Below are positions 12,822 to 26,300 of a stretch of DNA of 64,000 bases, in pieces. Positions within the stretch are counted from its first letter, which is position 1. Each line of letters opens with the position of its first letter. The notes under the pieces were generated by a model that worked only from the letters and a program-made list of their open reading frames with translations, made no database searches and was not told the origin of the DNA. Made by a program: the position numbers and the translations under genes. The DNA is from Tubulanus polymorphus (lineage: Eukaryota > Animalia > Nemertea), in the NCBI RefSeq assembly GCF_964204645.1, contig NC_134027.1, forward strand, positions 3,380,485 to 3,444,484, read 5' to 3'.

Positions 12822-14367
12822 TTCATCTTTTGTGAACTTCATTCAATATTGATTGTCTTAACAGATTGATTTTGTTTTAGCCTAGTTTTTTTTCTTTATT
12901 TATTGATTATTAATTGATGAGTGATTGTAATTTAAACTGATGAATTGCACTTGGTGAGTTAAATCTCAGGTTTATGAATGAGTTGATTGAAAAAACGAAA
13001 TGATTTCAATGTGCAATTAATTATGAAACGATAGCTTAGAAATAGGTCTTTCACATTCGGCTGTAAAGGGTTGCTGTATGTTTGGAGAGCAGTTTTAATG
13101 ATAGATTTTAAAGAGCATTTGATGGAGAAAATTGTCAACATGACTGATTGATATGCATTATGTTCAATGCAAATTGCCTTACTTCATGAAATTTCAGTAC
13201 TGTTCCAGTATCGTAAAAAAGTATGAAATATGTATTTTTCTAAAGCAATAACTTGAGGATATATTATGTACAGAAATATATTTTATAATGGTTTGTAAAA
13301 ATGCATGTGTACAGTTAACAGAATATGTGTATAATAAATGATTTTTATATATTATTCAGTTTCATATTATTCATTTAGTTTCTGCCGGAAGATATGTTAA
13401 AAATCATGCTCCTTAAACCTCCTGGATAATTCTTAGTACATGTATTCCGAACGGTGGTTCGTATCCTCCTTATACACAGGCTGTTGCAGTTGGATCATCT
13501 CACAATTTAAAGACTCGACTGATGTTAAGATCAACGATCATGAAAACAGTTATAATTTATTTGATCAATTTACAACTTAACAAATAGAATATAAAGAACA
13601 AACCAACTCGGATAACGATAAACGTTTCATAGAAACACATCCTAAATTAACGTGGAAATTATGTGACACTATGAAAAAATAATCACAAGTTTCTTTAATA
13701 ATGAAAAACAGTTGTGTTTGACTATTGATGCATACGGGACAAACCTCTTAATTCATTTTTGTAATGATGATAGATTATTAAATTTAAATTGCGAAAACTG
13801 AATAAGGCAATGAATAAATATTCAACACAGATTTCTGGCCAAGGTAATGTATAGTTTTTGAGCTCTATAAATTATACTGGTTGCTTGCATAGTTATCAGA
13901 ATGTGGAACTGAATCATACAGTATGCACATATAATGCTTATTTTCTTCACCTAAAATTTGCTCCGAGTTAAGTCCGTCATCAAAGTAAAGATGACCATTT
14001 CTGAACAGTTTCTAATCAAGCAAATGCTGTCTACACTATTGAATACTTGTTCCGAAATGAGTAAGTTACTAGTCAGCTTTATTAGATAATAGATATGGGT
14101 GCGATCTTAGAATGTTGTTTCAGGAACAACGGCTAGGTAGGCCTACTATAGACTGATTAATTTTCATATATCCTGCAGATATAGTATTAGGCACACAACA
14201 ATCAATGACAGACATGTATATAAGCCACCACACTCTGATCCCAGGGAGGTGGTCACCTCAATAGTTATCTTATATCATCTACATATTTACACTAGATGTT
14301 GATAAGTTTATGCAACTTTTGGTCGACTTTGTTCAAACCTAATAGTATCACAGTAACTGCATAATAA

Positions 14368-17300
14368 TCATGTATCAATTATACTCAGCTGTTCTAATAA
14401 CAATGATAAACGTTTGCTCTGCATTCGGAATCGTGCTAAATCCTTCCTTGTGACCATTCCCAAAACCTGCAACGATATAAAGATGTCCGTCTTGACTTTG
14501 GATTTCTTAATCAAAGTTTTTCTGATCAAACCAAAGCCCTAGATATTTGGTTAATTTCAAACTTACATTGTTATCGTCATCAGTGACAACTATGTGCCGG
14601 AGTCCAAGACCACGAAACAGTTTAAAAACGCGAGGTAAAGATACATACTGAAATATAGTCATAAATAAACCATCTCTTAATACATAATTATTCACACAAA
14701 AATTAGGTCTGGATTCATGACTATACCTGATTAACAGTGTATGGTACTGGATTCATGTAAGGTCTCAGATCCAATGTACAATTTTTCTCTTCTTCACTTA
14801 TATCTAGATCCTGAAATGAACCATAATATCATCAAGTTAAATAACATAACATGCACTAAGCACTTGTATCACAGCGTACATGTTCATATTTCTTTCAACT
14901 ATTTTGCTGAATCATTCATACCTGCAACACTGAAGACATATTCTACAATGATCATAAACATAACTATTCAATCAACATCTAAACAACATGAAAATGATTT
15001 CTACAAATACAAACAAAGCAACATCAAAGTGCACAGTTAAATGAATATCTAAGGTAAATGAATATCTACGTTTGAAGAACATGCAAAAACTGAAAAATCG
15101 CACAAACACAAAGTTTGTAGACGGTATACTAAATGACAATAATGATATAACGATTTAAGGAAATAATGTCCGGAAATGAATATATACATAGGTCATAGTT
15201 CTCTACATCATAGTTTAAGTGCACTAAATCTACACTAAGTTTGAGTGAGGGTGACATAATCTTAGAAATATACGATACCTTCACTGGAATGAATCGAGGG
15301 TATGAATCACGGAAATCTTTTGGTCTTAACAACTGAGTTTGAACACCAGGTCGATCAAATGCCTGCATGGAAACTTTGTGGATAACATGGTTTTCTACAA
15401 ATCTAATAACGTTTCTATCTCGATGTAGACTTTACCTTTTTCCTAAGTATCAAAGCTAATTGAGATCGAAGAATAAGTCCAGTCATTTTTCCGAATGTTG
15501 TCATATCCATCTGCAGAATAAAGATATTCCATTTTAGATTCAATCTTAGCTTTACTTACTTTCTTATCAGTAGTATATCTACGGCAAAGTAATTTACTAA
15601 CCACTTCAGGATGAAAGTTTTCAACTACAGGGAAGCCATTATGTTTGACAGTTCTTAGAATTTCAATGATGTTACCAACTTTCTCAATGGGTTCCAAAGT
15701 AACAACAGGAGTATTCATTATTTTACTGCAAGTAAAAATATGACTGATTACAGATCTTATCTTTATCAGTAGATGAAAACAGAGCCCAGTTCATCTTTGA
15801 AAAAGTTGAAATGGGCCAAATAGCTAAATACGTCCGATAAGCCATGGTAACTTACTCAGCAGTTATATTTGTGGAAAGTTCTGGTGGTTCCCATGGCAAA
15901 AATGGCATCCCATTTAGCTCGATAAGTAAATCATAGATACCCTGAAAATGATATTCAAGTAATAACTTGTATTCAAAATTCGGTTAATACTTAGAAACTT
16001 ATACTGAATGTTGAACTTACTGAATTAAAGAAATCTCCTACATATTTTGCAATTATGATGACAAGCACTAATGGCGGACCAAATGTAATATCTCCAGTAC
16101 ATTCAATAAGCATCACAGTAAGACTTATCGTCATACGAGTAACACCTCCTAGGCTACATGCGGCACCAATTAATGCATATTTCCCGACATTATGCTCCTG
16201 GTTTGTAAATAAAGTAGATATGATTACTTCATTTTTTTTTATTATTTAATAGACATTATTAATTTCTTCATAAAAATAAAGATATAGTGAGTCATATCCA
16301 GAGCAAGAAGGATAGAAGAATGAAATCTGTAAGAATATCATATATTTATAGGTGAACTATTGTGTAATATCAGAGAGATAGAAGAATCGTCATCGAATGC
16401 TACATTGCCTATCATAATTCCTTGTCAACAGTGAACACTAAAAACATACCATGCAATTAAACATAAACCTAGTACAAACAAGAGATGATACATATATACC
16501 TTCATTTTGCTATCTTTACTGAAAGACTGTAAATAAAAATTTTGATTAGAATAATTATTTAGAAGTAAAAGGTGATGTAAATACATGCCAATTGCCGGTG
16601 AAATGATACTAATATACGCAATATGTATTCAGATACTATGAATGCTTGCTAAATATACATGCCGAACAGTACAATTCATGTTAACCCTAAACTAGAAGCA
16701 ATAATTGTAGCATTTTGTAAAAGGTTAACAATAATTTGAATTAAAATATCAATTTAAACATCATGTATCCCGATTAATATGTTGACATTGATAGTTTAAT
16801 TCAAAGGTTGGTACTAAAAGCTGCACAAATATAATTACTAATGTACCATATTTAATGAATCATCATGCAACAATTAAGCATGAGATAAAAAATAGCTTAC
16901 CATGCTTGGGAATGCATTGATAACACCGATTCCTACCAATCGACCCCAGATGGCACCGCTGAGCAAGGACGGAATAAAGATACCGGTAGATGCAGACACT
17001 CCGCATGACCAGCATGCAAAGAAATAATACAATATACTGTACATTGCTAATGACATAGTACCAAAGCCATCTGAAAGTAGAAAAATTAATAACCACGTAT
17101 ACCACCACACTGCCGGTAATGCATATGCATAAAATGTTTATGTGCGGTCATTTCTAATAACTTACTGGGAGACTCATGTAGTAATAATTTCAGCTGCCCT
17201 TCTGGTGTTTTGAATAACAACTTTGTCAATGTATTGTATTCACCGTCTTTGCAGAACATCTTAGAATTCGAAATTGAAAAGAATATTTAAACGAATAGAT

Positions 17301-20300
17301 TAATCGTAATGTTATATCGTTCATCAAATAAAAAGCAGATTATGCAGAAATATCATCGTACCTGAGTTTCATGCCCTTCATAATGATGTTCCTTATTATT
17401 TGCAGGTACCTTACAATCATCAATAGCGTATATAAGGATGAAGAATGAAATACCAATAGTTCCAGCTATAAGAAGAGTTTCCATAAATCTGAACAACTTC
17501 TTTTTCACATATCTGTGATATAGATAAAACGTAGATATAACGAAGGCCAACTGAAGAATACCTGTTATATGTCTTAACTACCAACACTATCAGATTCATA
17601 TGTATTTATACCTTTTTCTAAACAATGTTAATTTGTAATTGAGAAAGACGAAGAAAGCACCAGAAAGTCCACCGAATATTCCCATTGCTATAAATATTGG
17701 CAATTCCACAAGATGATAAGATATGTCCTGTAATAGAAAAACAAATTGGATGTGGAAAACTTTTAGATTTTTGAGATTATAGATAACACAGTGGTTTTTT
17801 TCAGGGTACCCACAGGAAAATAGCCTAAACTGATTAGACCAGGATTAGAAAGATCACCCGAATGACCATGGATGGCGCTTAGAAATACATTCACAGAAAA
17901 TGTAGCGATCATCGATGAAAAAACCTGAAACACACACAACATTTACAATTGGTCATTTATTAGCATGTCTTAATTAAAACATTCTAGAATTTTCCAGATA
18001 AATGTGGTGGTAAATATATGGATGACATGATAAATCCAGTCACTCACAATTCTCCATGTCAATGTTTGGTTCCAGAAGCTTGCGCCTTCCTCGAGAGCGA
18101 AGAGCACACCACCTAGAGATATTATAGATGAACACATGGAATATTAAAGCAACTATTTACTAAGCATGCCGGGCTTGTTGGCAATTTCTTCACAGCCAGT
18201 TGTCAGGGATGGTTATACCTCTAATTGACTCTGAAGAAAACAATGAAGCGTGGGCTTACATTATTCATATTGACTAATCATTTGAAAAAAAAAATTAAGC
18301 TAGAAAGAGCCCATGTCAGACTACAGGTTCCCTACAACCCGCAGTTATTTCAGATTGATTAAACGAAAAAGTGTGTACAATCATTCATGTTGATTGTCTG
18401 GATTCAGCATCAATAAGCTTAGTGATTCATTTAAGGGTGGTGATTACAGGAGATCGATACAAAACGCAATAATGAAATTCATTGAGGCCAAATTTTCTGC
18501 TTCATTTGTGGTAATCATGGTAGTCTGAGCATGACAGACACACAGCAACATCGCAAACACCCATCTCAAATTGCTGTTGTCATTAGTGGCCAGATTAACC
18601 GGGGCAAGTAGTGGTTCTTCCTGCTGCTGAATATTCCAATCGATTGGTCCAGCAAGTCTCGATATGTTCACATAGATGATACCAAAATACGATGAATGGT
18701 ATTACCAATAGTTCATTGATAAAATGATGAAGCGTTCCTGTATTATTGCAAATAAATCTACAGTTGATTCTGGCATAGAACAGGTCTATGATGGTTTTCA
18801 GCTTGTCAAGGGTCGATCTGATTTACATACCCACGGGAGCGCCAAATGCAGCTGCTACACCTGCTGCTGCACCACCTGAGACAAAATCCCGACGTTCATG
18901 GTCTGATCTAAATGATTCAAATATCTGTAAAAATAATTATATACTTCATCAGAAAGCAATCTCTCCTAACTGCGATCTATTCATCTAGTTCATTTTATCT
19001 TAAATTGTTAATCAAGACAATCAGGCATCACTTTCAAGTGGCATCATTCTATCCATTACCAATGCACTGCACGTCTCCTCTCTGAACTCGGAAAAAAATC
19101 TAATTGACTTAGATAAAAGAAAACTCAAGGAAAATTGGCACCAAGAAGGAATCCTAATAGAGTAAACCTTGCCTAACTCTGAAAAATTGATACCAGTAGA
19201 ATTGGTTAGAGTTAAGCGAAATTGAAATTTAGGATCAGAGAATAATTTTGTTTTTTGTCTGAGTTAGTGAAAAGTCTAAGTTGGCTATATACGTCCACGT
19301 GTATAAGTTTTCTTAAGAAATGGTGAGTCTGAGGAATAGCTATATGCCGCCATTGTTCTTGATGTCAAATGATGTCATTTTTTAAAGCAACTTGAAATTC
19401 TAGCGCGATCAATATTCATTACCTTTAAACGAGGAAGAGACGATAACGTCACATTGATATTGATTTTGAAATGTATCTATGCATCCAGGCACAAAGCCAT
19501 CAGGACATCATTGTTACTGATCAATTTTCTACGGCATTTTTATTCATAAACATGAACACTATATGTCAGTTAAAAATCAGATAATTCCCCTGTCATCACA
19601 AACATTCACCAAGCTACACTGAGATATACAAGTTACAGGAATGAGCTGATTTTCTCAGGAACAATATTCTGCCTTAGCGCAACAATCAATCAAATACAAA
19701 CAGATGACCATATGAAAGGAGGACTCTACACATAGTTCTCTCGAGAAAAGTCATAGAAGAAGAGATTCATTTACTTATCCCCAATACATTTCTATCTCTA
19801 TCTATAAGGAAATCAAATCAAGGACAAACATCGATGTTAAGCCACACCTCCACTGTTCCAGATAGATGGAAATTATCAACTAATGAATATCATTTATGAC
19901 TTCATTTGACATATTCAATTCATTCACGCACTGATGCAATTTAAACATATGAAGTAAATCTAATACTCATGGGAGACCACCAGATTAATCAATTGAGAAA
20001 GTACCGCACCCAATGCCTACAGCCCCTAATCAGATATTACACACAGATCAATCCAACTTCATTGCAAAACAAATTGAAGTTTGTACATGCAAAAATTCCT
20101 TTAAGACTATAGTCTTTATGGTATCGGTGATAGGAAGCTAAGTGGACATATGCAGCCATTACAATTCATACCCTGTTTAATTAATCAGTGGCCATTACTG
20201 ACAGCAATAAGGAATACAAATAGAGTAGTAGACAATTCATTCATATACTTCCTTTGGTACATTTACATTGCCACCCTATCTTATACAAATAGGCTTCCTA

Positions 20301-23300
20301 TATATGTAAACTATTGTCATGAAATGGAAGCCCAACAGCAATTCGACTATATCGGAAGGAGACATGTGACCACCAGAAGTATAGTCCATCAGTCCATTAA
20401 TATTTCAATATAATGTTGCCTATGCTTTCTAAACCTGTAAGGATGGGTTCCTAATGAAAATGATCCGGTTTGTGTCTAATGTTCAATGAAAGATACAAAT
20501 TGACGAAAGTTCATCATTTTTATACTTTTCATACAAAAAGTAAACTAGTAAAATCTTAATCCAAAGAGCTATATTAAGAAAACTAGAGCTGGTAAATTTC
20601 TACAATGAATTCTTTTTTACTATACCTTGAAGTCCCATTGAAAAACTCTACAGCGACCTTGAGAGACCCCAGCTGCTACAATAGTCCCAGCATGTATCAT
20701 TGGACCTTCCTAAAAATATTTCATCAAGAATTATCAATTTCAGTGGTCATTTCATCCCTGACCATAAATACCATTCTGAAGTGTAACAAGTATGAATAAA
20801 AACTGTCGAAAAATTAATGAGAATTGTGAAGTTATTCCAATCATTCATTGGGAAAAGTGGTACCTATACAGAACAAGCGTAACAAAGTCATTATTGAGTC
20901 AGACTCACAAAGTGACAATTCGTGTCCTGAAACTTTTAAGTAGATTAAGGAGAGTAGCCTTGTCATTCTATAATTGCCATTAGCTAGACTATAGAAGATC
21001 ATGTAATGTAACCAACACCAACGGATTCCGAAGCATTTAGGTATCAGAAATAAATGTCTCATTCTCAAGAGTATTATCGAAGCACCACCAGAAATACGCC
21101 CTATGTTGTAGTATGCACGGTAGGTAAATTATCAACATTCTTCAAATAGTCATGATTTTCATTCTTTTCATATTTGTTAAATATCTTTTATTTCATAGAT
21201 ATAAAACAGTTTTATTTCAGCAGCATATATACGGTTCTGAATAACTGATAAAATATTTCTTTGATGTCCAATTAGGTGATAATTGACAGCAAGGTTTCTG
21301 TATGATCTTAATGAATTTTGTCAGGTAGAAATTTGCACTTTCTATTTCAAGAGGAGACCAGCCACAGATGATAAAGTAATTTGTACCCCTGGATTGGTGG
21401 GCACTGAAGGCGACAAAACATGTTTTCCAAGAAATACAACAGCCATTAGGACTTTGAGAAATCGCTTTACAATGATGCAGACATTTTATAGGAGCTTAGA
21501 TTCCATGCATAATTCATCGATAGAGAGCTGATAATTTCATCTAAAAAAACATCCAACCAATACGCACTGTCTTCATAAATCATACGACGTAAATTACTTA
21601 GCAACTTAGCTAAAGCACAGAATTATAAGATATCATGAATGACAGTAGCTTGCTCACCTTTCCAACAGCAAGACCACCAGTGACAGAAAATACCACTCCA
21701 ACTACTTTCGCCAATAAACATCTTATTGACAATAATCCTGGTATCTTTACTCCATTAAGATAGCACTTTATTTCGGGAATACCGCTCCCTGCTGCTGCTG
21801 GCTGTCATCATTTAATTCAATTAGATAAAAGACTCCATTAAATCAGAAATATTTCCAAAAACATAATCAATAATCTACTATAAAACTGAGTTATCATACT
21901 ATAGATCATGGCTTTTGGAGCTCAGTTATGCGAAATCATGTGGAATATTTTTGGCACGAAATTCCAATACTTTCCATTAGCTTTGTATAAAATTACATAG
22001 TTCTGATTATTAGATCAGAAGCCCCAGGAGGAATAATAATGCCCACAGTAAACCTTACGAACAGGTCGGAATTATTACAATTTGTCTCCGAGAACCAGAT
22101 ACCGAGGTGTAGGAGATTGGTATCACCTGCATGTCGCTTCACACGGAGATGAGCAATTACCACACTAGTGAATAATACCTTTTAGTCTGACCATAAAACC
22201 ATGCATGAAGACACGGATAAGACAGAGTGTAAGTTATCTTACATGGATTCAAGCATTCATAACATAATCAAATGACAACATAATCTGCTACCAGCTCAAG
22301 CCCAATCACTTACACACGTATTCGGCATGAAAATTAATGAAAAGTGGAAATGCTTCAATCGAGTGTTTTAGATGATGTTTTTCTAGCTTTGAAAAGTAAA
22401 TAAATGTTTACCTCGAAGAACACAATCAGTGCTGCACCAATAGATGTTAGGAAAAGATTTATAGCCAGCCATCCGAGAAATGGTATAACTAATGACGTCT
22501 TCATTCCATGTTCAATTACTGCACAATTTCATTAAGGATTTAAAGCATCATCGGACACTTTCAGTCATTTGAATAATGGGGCATATCAAATATTTTGACA
22601 TTGTTACATTTGTAATAATTCACTCTTAAGAAATTGAATACTGTAGCTGAATTACAGCTCAAACGTTTAAATGATACATAAATCAAGGAAGATCTCCCCA
22701 AATTCATTCGATGTATAGTATCTAATATTGATGAAATGTATTAATGATGATCTCTTAGTGTTTGAAGACCGGATAATGAATATGGAATGCTTCAGAGGCT
22801 ATTTTTCTCCAGCAGGGTAAATGAAACAACATTGCGAGAATCTGGCCTAATGATGTGACTATGGTGTTTCTGTTTGCAGCAATTTCTACTGACTAAAATG
22901 ATCAATTTCATCATTAATGGCGACTGATTGGCCCCAGAAAAATACCTGTTGCACTAGTAAATCATGTTTGTATCACCTTAAATTGCATGTCAGCCACATG
23001 AACACCCTTTAATCATTCCAGAAGTCAAGCCAGAAAAATGTTAACAAGGGCTTCGTTCCGAAATCAGCAAGATTATGAGATGTTGTTGCTTAGCAGCGTT
23101 CCCCTAGCAAATCTGCTGCAAGAAATGGCTTCGCTCTTTATTCATTCAATTACATTCCTGTGTATAGCGCTAACACAAAAGGGCCTTTGTCCAAATATAC
23201 AGTTTTAATCATCAAATACAATCAAACGTACTAGAATAAAGCTTCAGTAATCAAATTCGACATCATAAATGTTATTCAGTGAAACAGAAGCAGCCATTGA

Positions 23301-26300
23301 ATCGATTATATCAACAACATTCCAGTCTTTTATCAGACGTATATATCAGATGAACAAATCTAGAGTCTAATTCCTAATGATACTGAAATGTATTGAACCA
23401 CAATCCATAAAACCTAGATATTCCAATAAGAGGTCATTGAATGTTGAGAATCTCGAATTCAGGACAAGAATTCTCTATTGCCAAGTAATCTCGCTACTTC
23501 AATCATTATGAGGCATGATTCAAACAGAAAAATGCTTGGAATCATTGTGACAATTAATTGCATAGCAAACACTCATGGAATGTAAGAACTGGGGCACTAT
23601 GGGTATTCATCAGAATGCAGAAAGTGAAAAGTGATTGATTCTTATCACTTTTAGCCAAATGAGGTCGAATACAAATAGACAATTTATACCACCAGCCTGT
23701 TTGCGTCACAAACCGAAAGCTAATGGAATCAAGTGACACAGACATGGTGACGTAGAAAGTCGATACTGTGTCTAAATTGGCATTTTAGATTCTGCGCATA
23801 AGCAATATCAATCTGAGCTGACAAAGAGAGAAGGAGACTCAGAAACAGATACACAGTTTCACAGGTGACAAGATTCGGTACATATTATGTTTAACAATAA
23901 AAATGTGTATTGATAGAAAGGCAAGAAATAGTGAAGGATCTGTGCTGTGATCAAGGGAATTATTGTGTGTATAATGCTGTTTGAAGAAATTGCTGATAAT
24001 GTCAGCCGGTGGCAGGACAACGATGGATGTTTTGATGAAGCAATCAAAGCACTGCCTCGGAACCCTGACAGTGATGTCAGTGTACTTGCTTCTTGCATCA
24101 ACTATCTCTTTAACTAACGCATTTGAATTTTTGAATAATTTTCTGACTAGAAGTGTTAATGTAAATTGGCTCCATTCATTCAGTTGATGCGTTGAATAGA
24201 ATATGCAAATTGTCTTCAATCAAAATCTAGCCACCACTAAGACCCATCATTCAAGATTTAACTCACTATCGCAATTCTATCCTCCACCTGAGTGAAATGA
24301 AAATTCACCTTACGTTAATTAGCAATTATTAGTACCAGTAAGTGTCCATGTATAAATGAATGATATGTAACTTAAAGGATGCAATTCCTACATTCTGCAT
24401 TGAGAGATTGATACATGGACTCTAAATCGTGATTCATTTTAGAGTCCATGATTTACCATTTAATGAATTGCCAACCCTGCATTTTATGTCAATCGTTTGA
24501 AACATGTAATTTTACTCTATAACTTTTCAGCGAGATATAAAAAGGCGGATGCAGCAACTCAAAAGATATGACATTTAGACATAAGTGGGAAAGGATACAA
24601 AACTGTAATGCAATTGACTTGTATTCTGTAAGGTGTTCTATCGAGACTTCAACGAATACCGCAACTATAGCAGTCCCCAGTCCAATCAATATTGCTACAA
24701 TCCATCGTGCAAACCAGGTTCGTTGAATTTTCTGAAAAATATTTGCATGGTATAAATCAATTGGTCGACTGGTTCAAGTAACAATATTCGTGAGGGATAA
24801 TTGATCAAGCTTTTAATGCGTAGGTGCCTCAGTTGATTTATAGGTGGATACCACGCGTTACCATGGGACTGGGGGTCTGCGGGTAATCGAGTCAAAACCA
24901 AACAATTCATTGATAGCAGCGAAAAAAATTTGAAAACTTGAAAAATTTATTTCAATAAGCAACGTAACTTCACAACACGTTTAGACTAAACGCATCACAG
25001 CATCGGGGAGCAAATAAACAGAGCCTTTGCGTGTTATGAAATATTTCCAATATCTTCCACTTGAATTTAACTTTACTCACCACAGTTCGTTGTTTTTTCT
25101 GTTCTTTTCGGTAAGGCAAATTTTCACATATTTCATAATCAAGACTCTAAAATACAAAGAAAACGGTTAATAGTTTAATTTTAGACATTCTTCAGCTATT
25201 AATAGAGGATGGAATGAGATGTTTTTTGAGGTGTCAATCCTCTTCTACGCATCATACTGTTTCCGATTTGAAATAACTTGCGAAACAGCAGGAATTTATC
25301 GGTTAATTTCTGAATCCTGCAGTTTTGGGATCTATCTTACCACTAATGATGCAGTGGTAATATACATAAGTATAGCGAACATACGTAAAATAATGCATTC
25401 CAGATTCAAAGATGTTAGCTTGAAATATGATCTAAGTAAAACATCTTCGCTGAGTGTGATAAGATTTCTTATTAAATCAAAATGCCAATCTACCTCAAAC
25501 TTTGAAACCAATCGTTTCAGTGGCTTGATAAATGCTTGTTTTTTTCTTTCCTCTTCTTCAATCTTTTTCAATTCTAAACTCTGTTTCTGAAAAAAAAACC
25601 CGAGAGTTTCCAGATCAGAAACAGAACACAGTCTGTCATCCATACAATCATTCATGAATCTATATACTAAACATCTACTTACCCTGAACTTTCTTCCTAA
25701 TAATTGCGTGACGCTATTTTGATTAAAACTATCGCCTTCGTTATTATCATAAACATTCAAACTGTTTGATGATAATTGATTACGAGGAGGAGCTCGACCA
25801 TAATTATCACTGATCGGTAGATCTACAGTCACTGGTGTTACTGTGAACTATACATAAAAGTAGAAAATTCAGATCAAGTTAGTCACAAATTCTTTAATTC
25901 GTGGGGATTATCAGAAATATGAGCAGATTCCAAAATATGCATAACACTTAGATTACATGAATCACTCATCAATCAATGCAACAAAAACCAATCTGGACAC
26001 TTAACTCTTTCCTATTTCCCAAATTATAATCGATGATGAAAATTAATCATTTTCTAACAGACGTGACATAATGGAAAATTAATGATTCCGATTTTTAGAT
26101 AAACACATCTATGTACATTTATACATCTTGTCATGATTTTGATTGAATAGTTTTTCACATGACAATGCCGCATACCCTCACACTAAAGCGCAGATAAATC
26201 GACAACAACTAACATCAGATTTAATCAATCCCCTCGCTATTTCAATATTGTGCAGGTGCTTTTCAATGCATGTTGCAGCATCCATTTCCTATATGACAAT

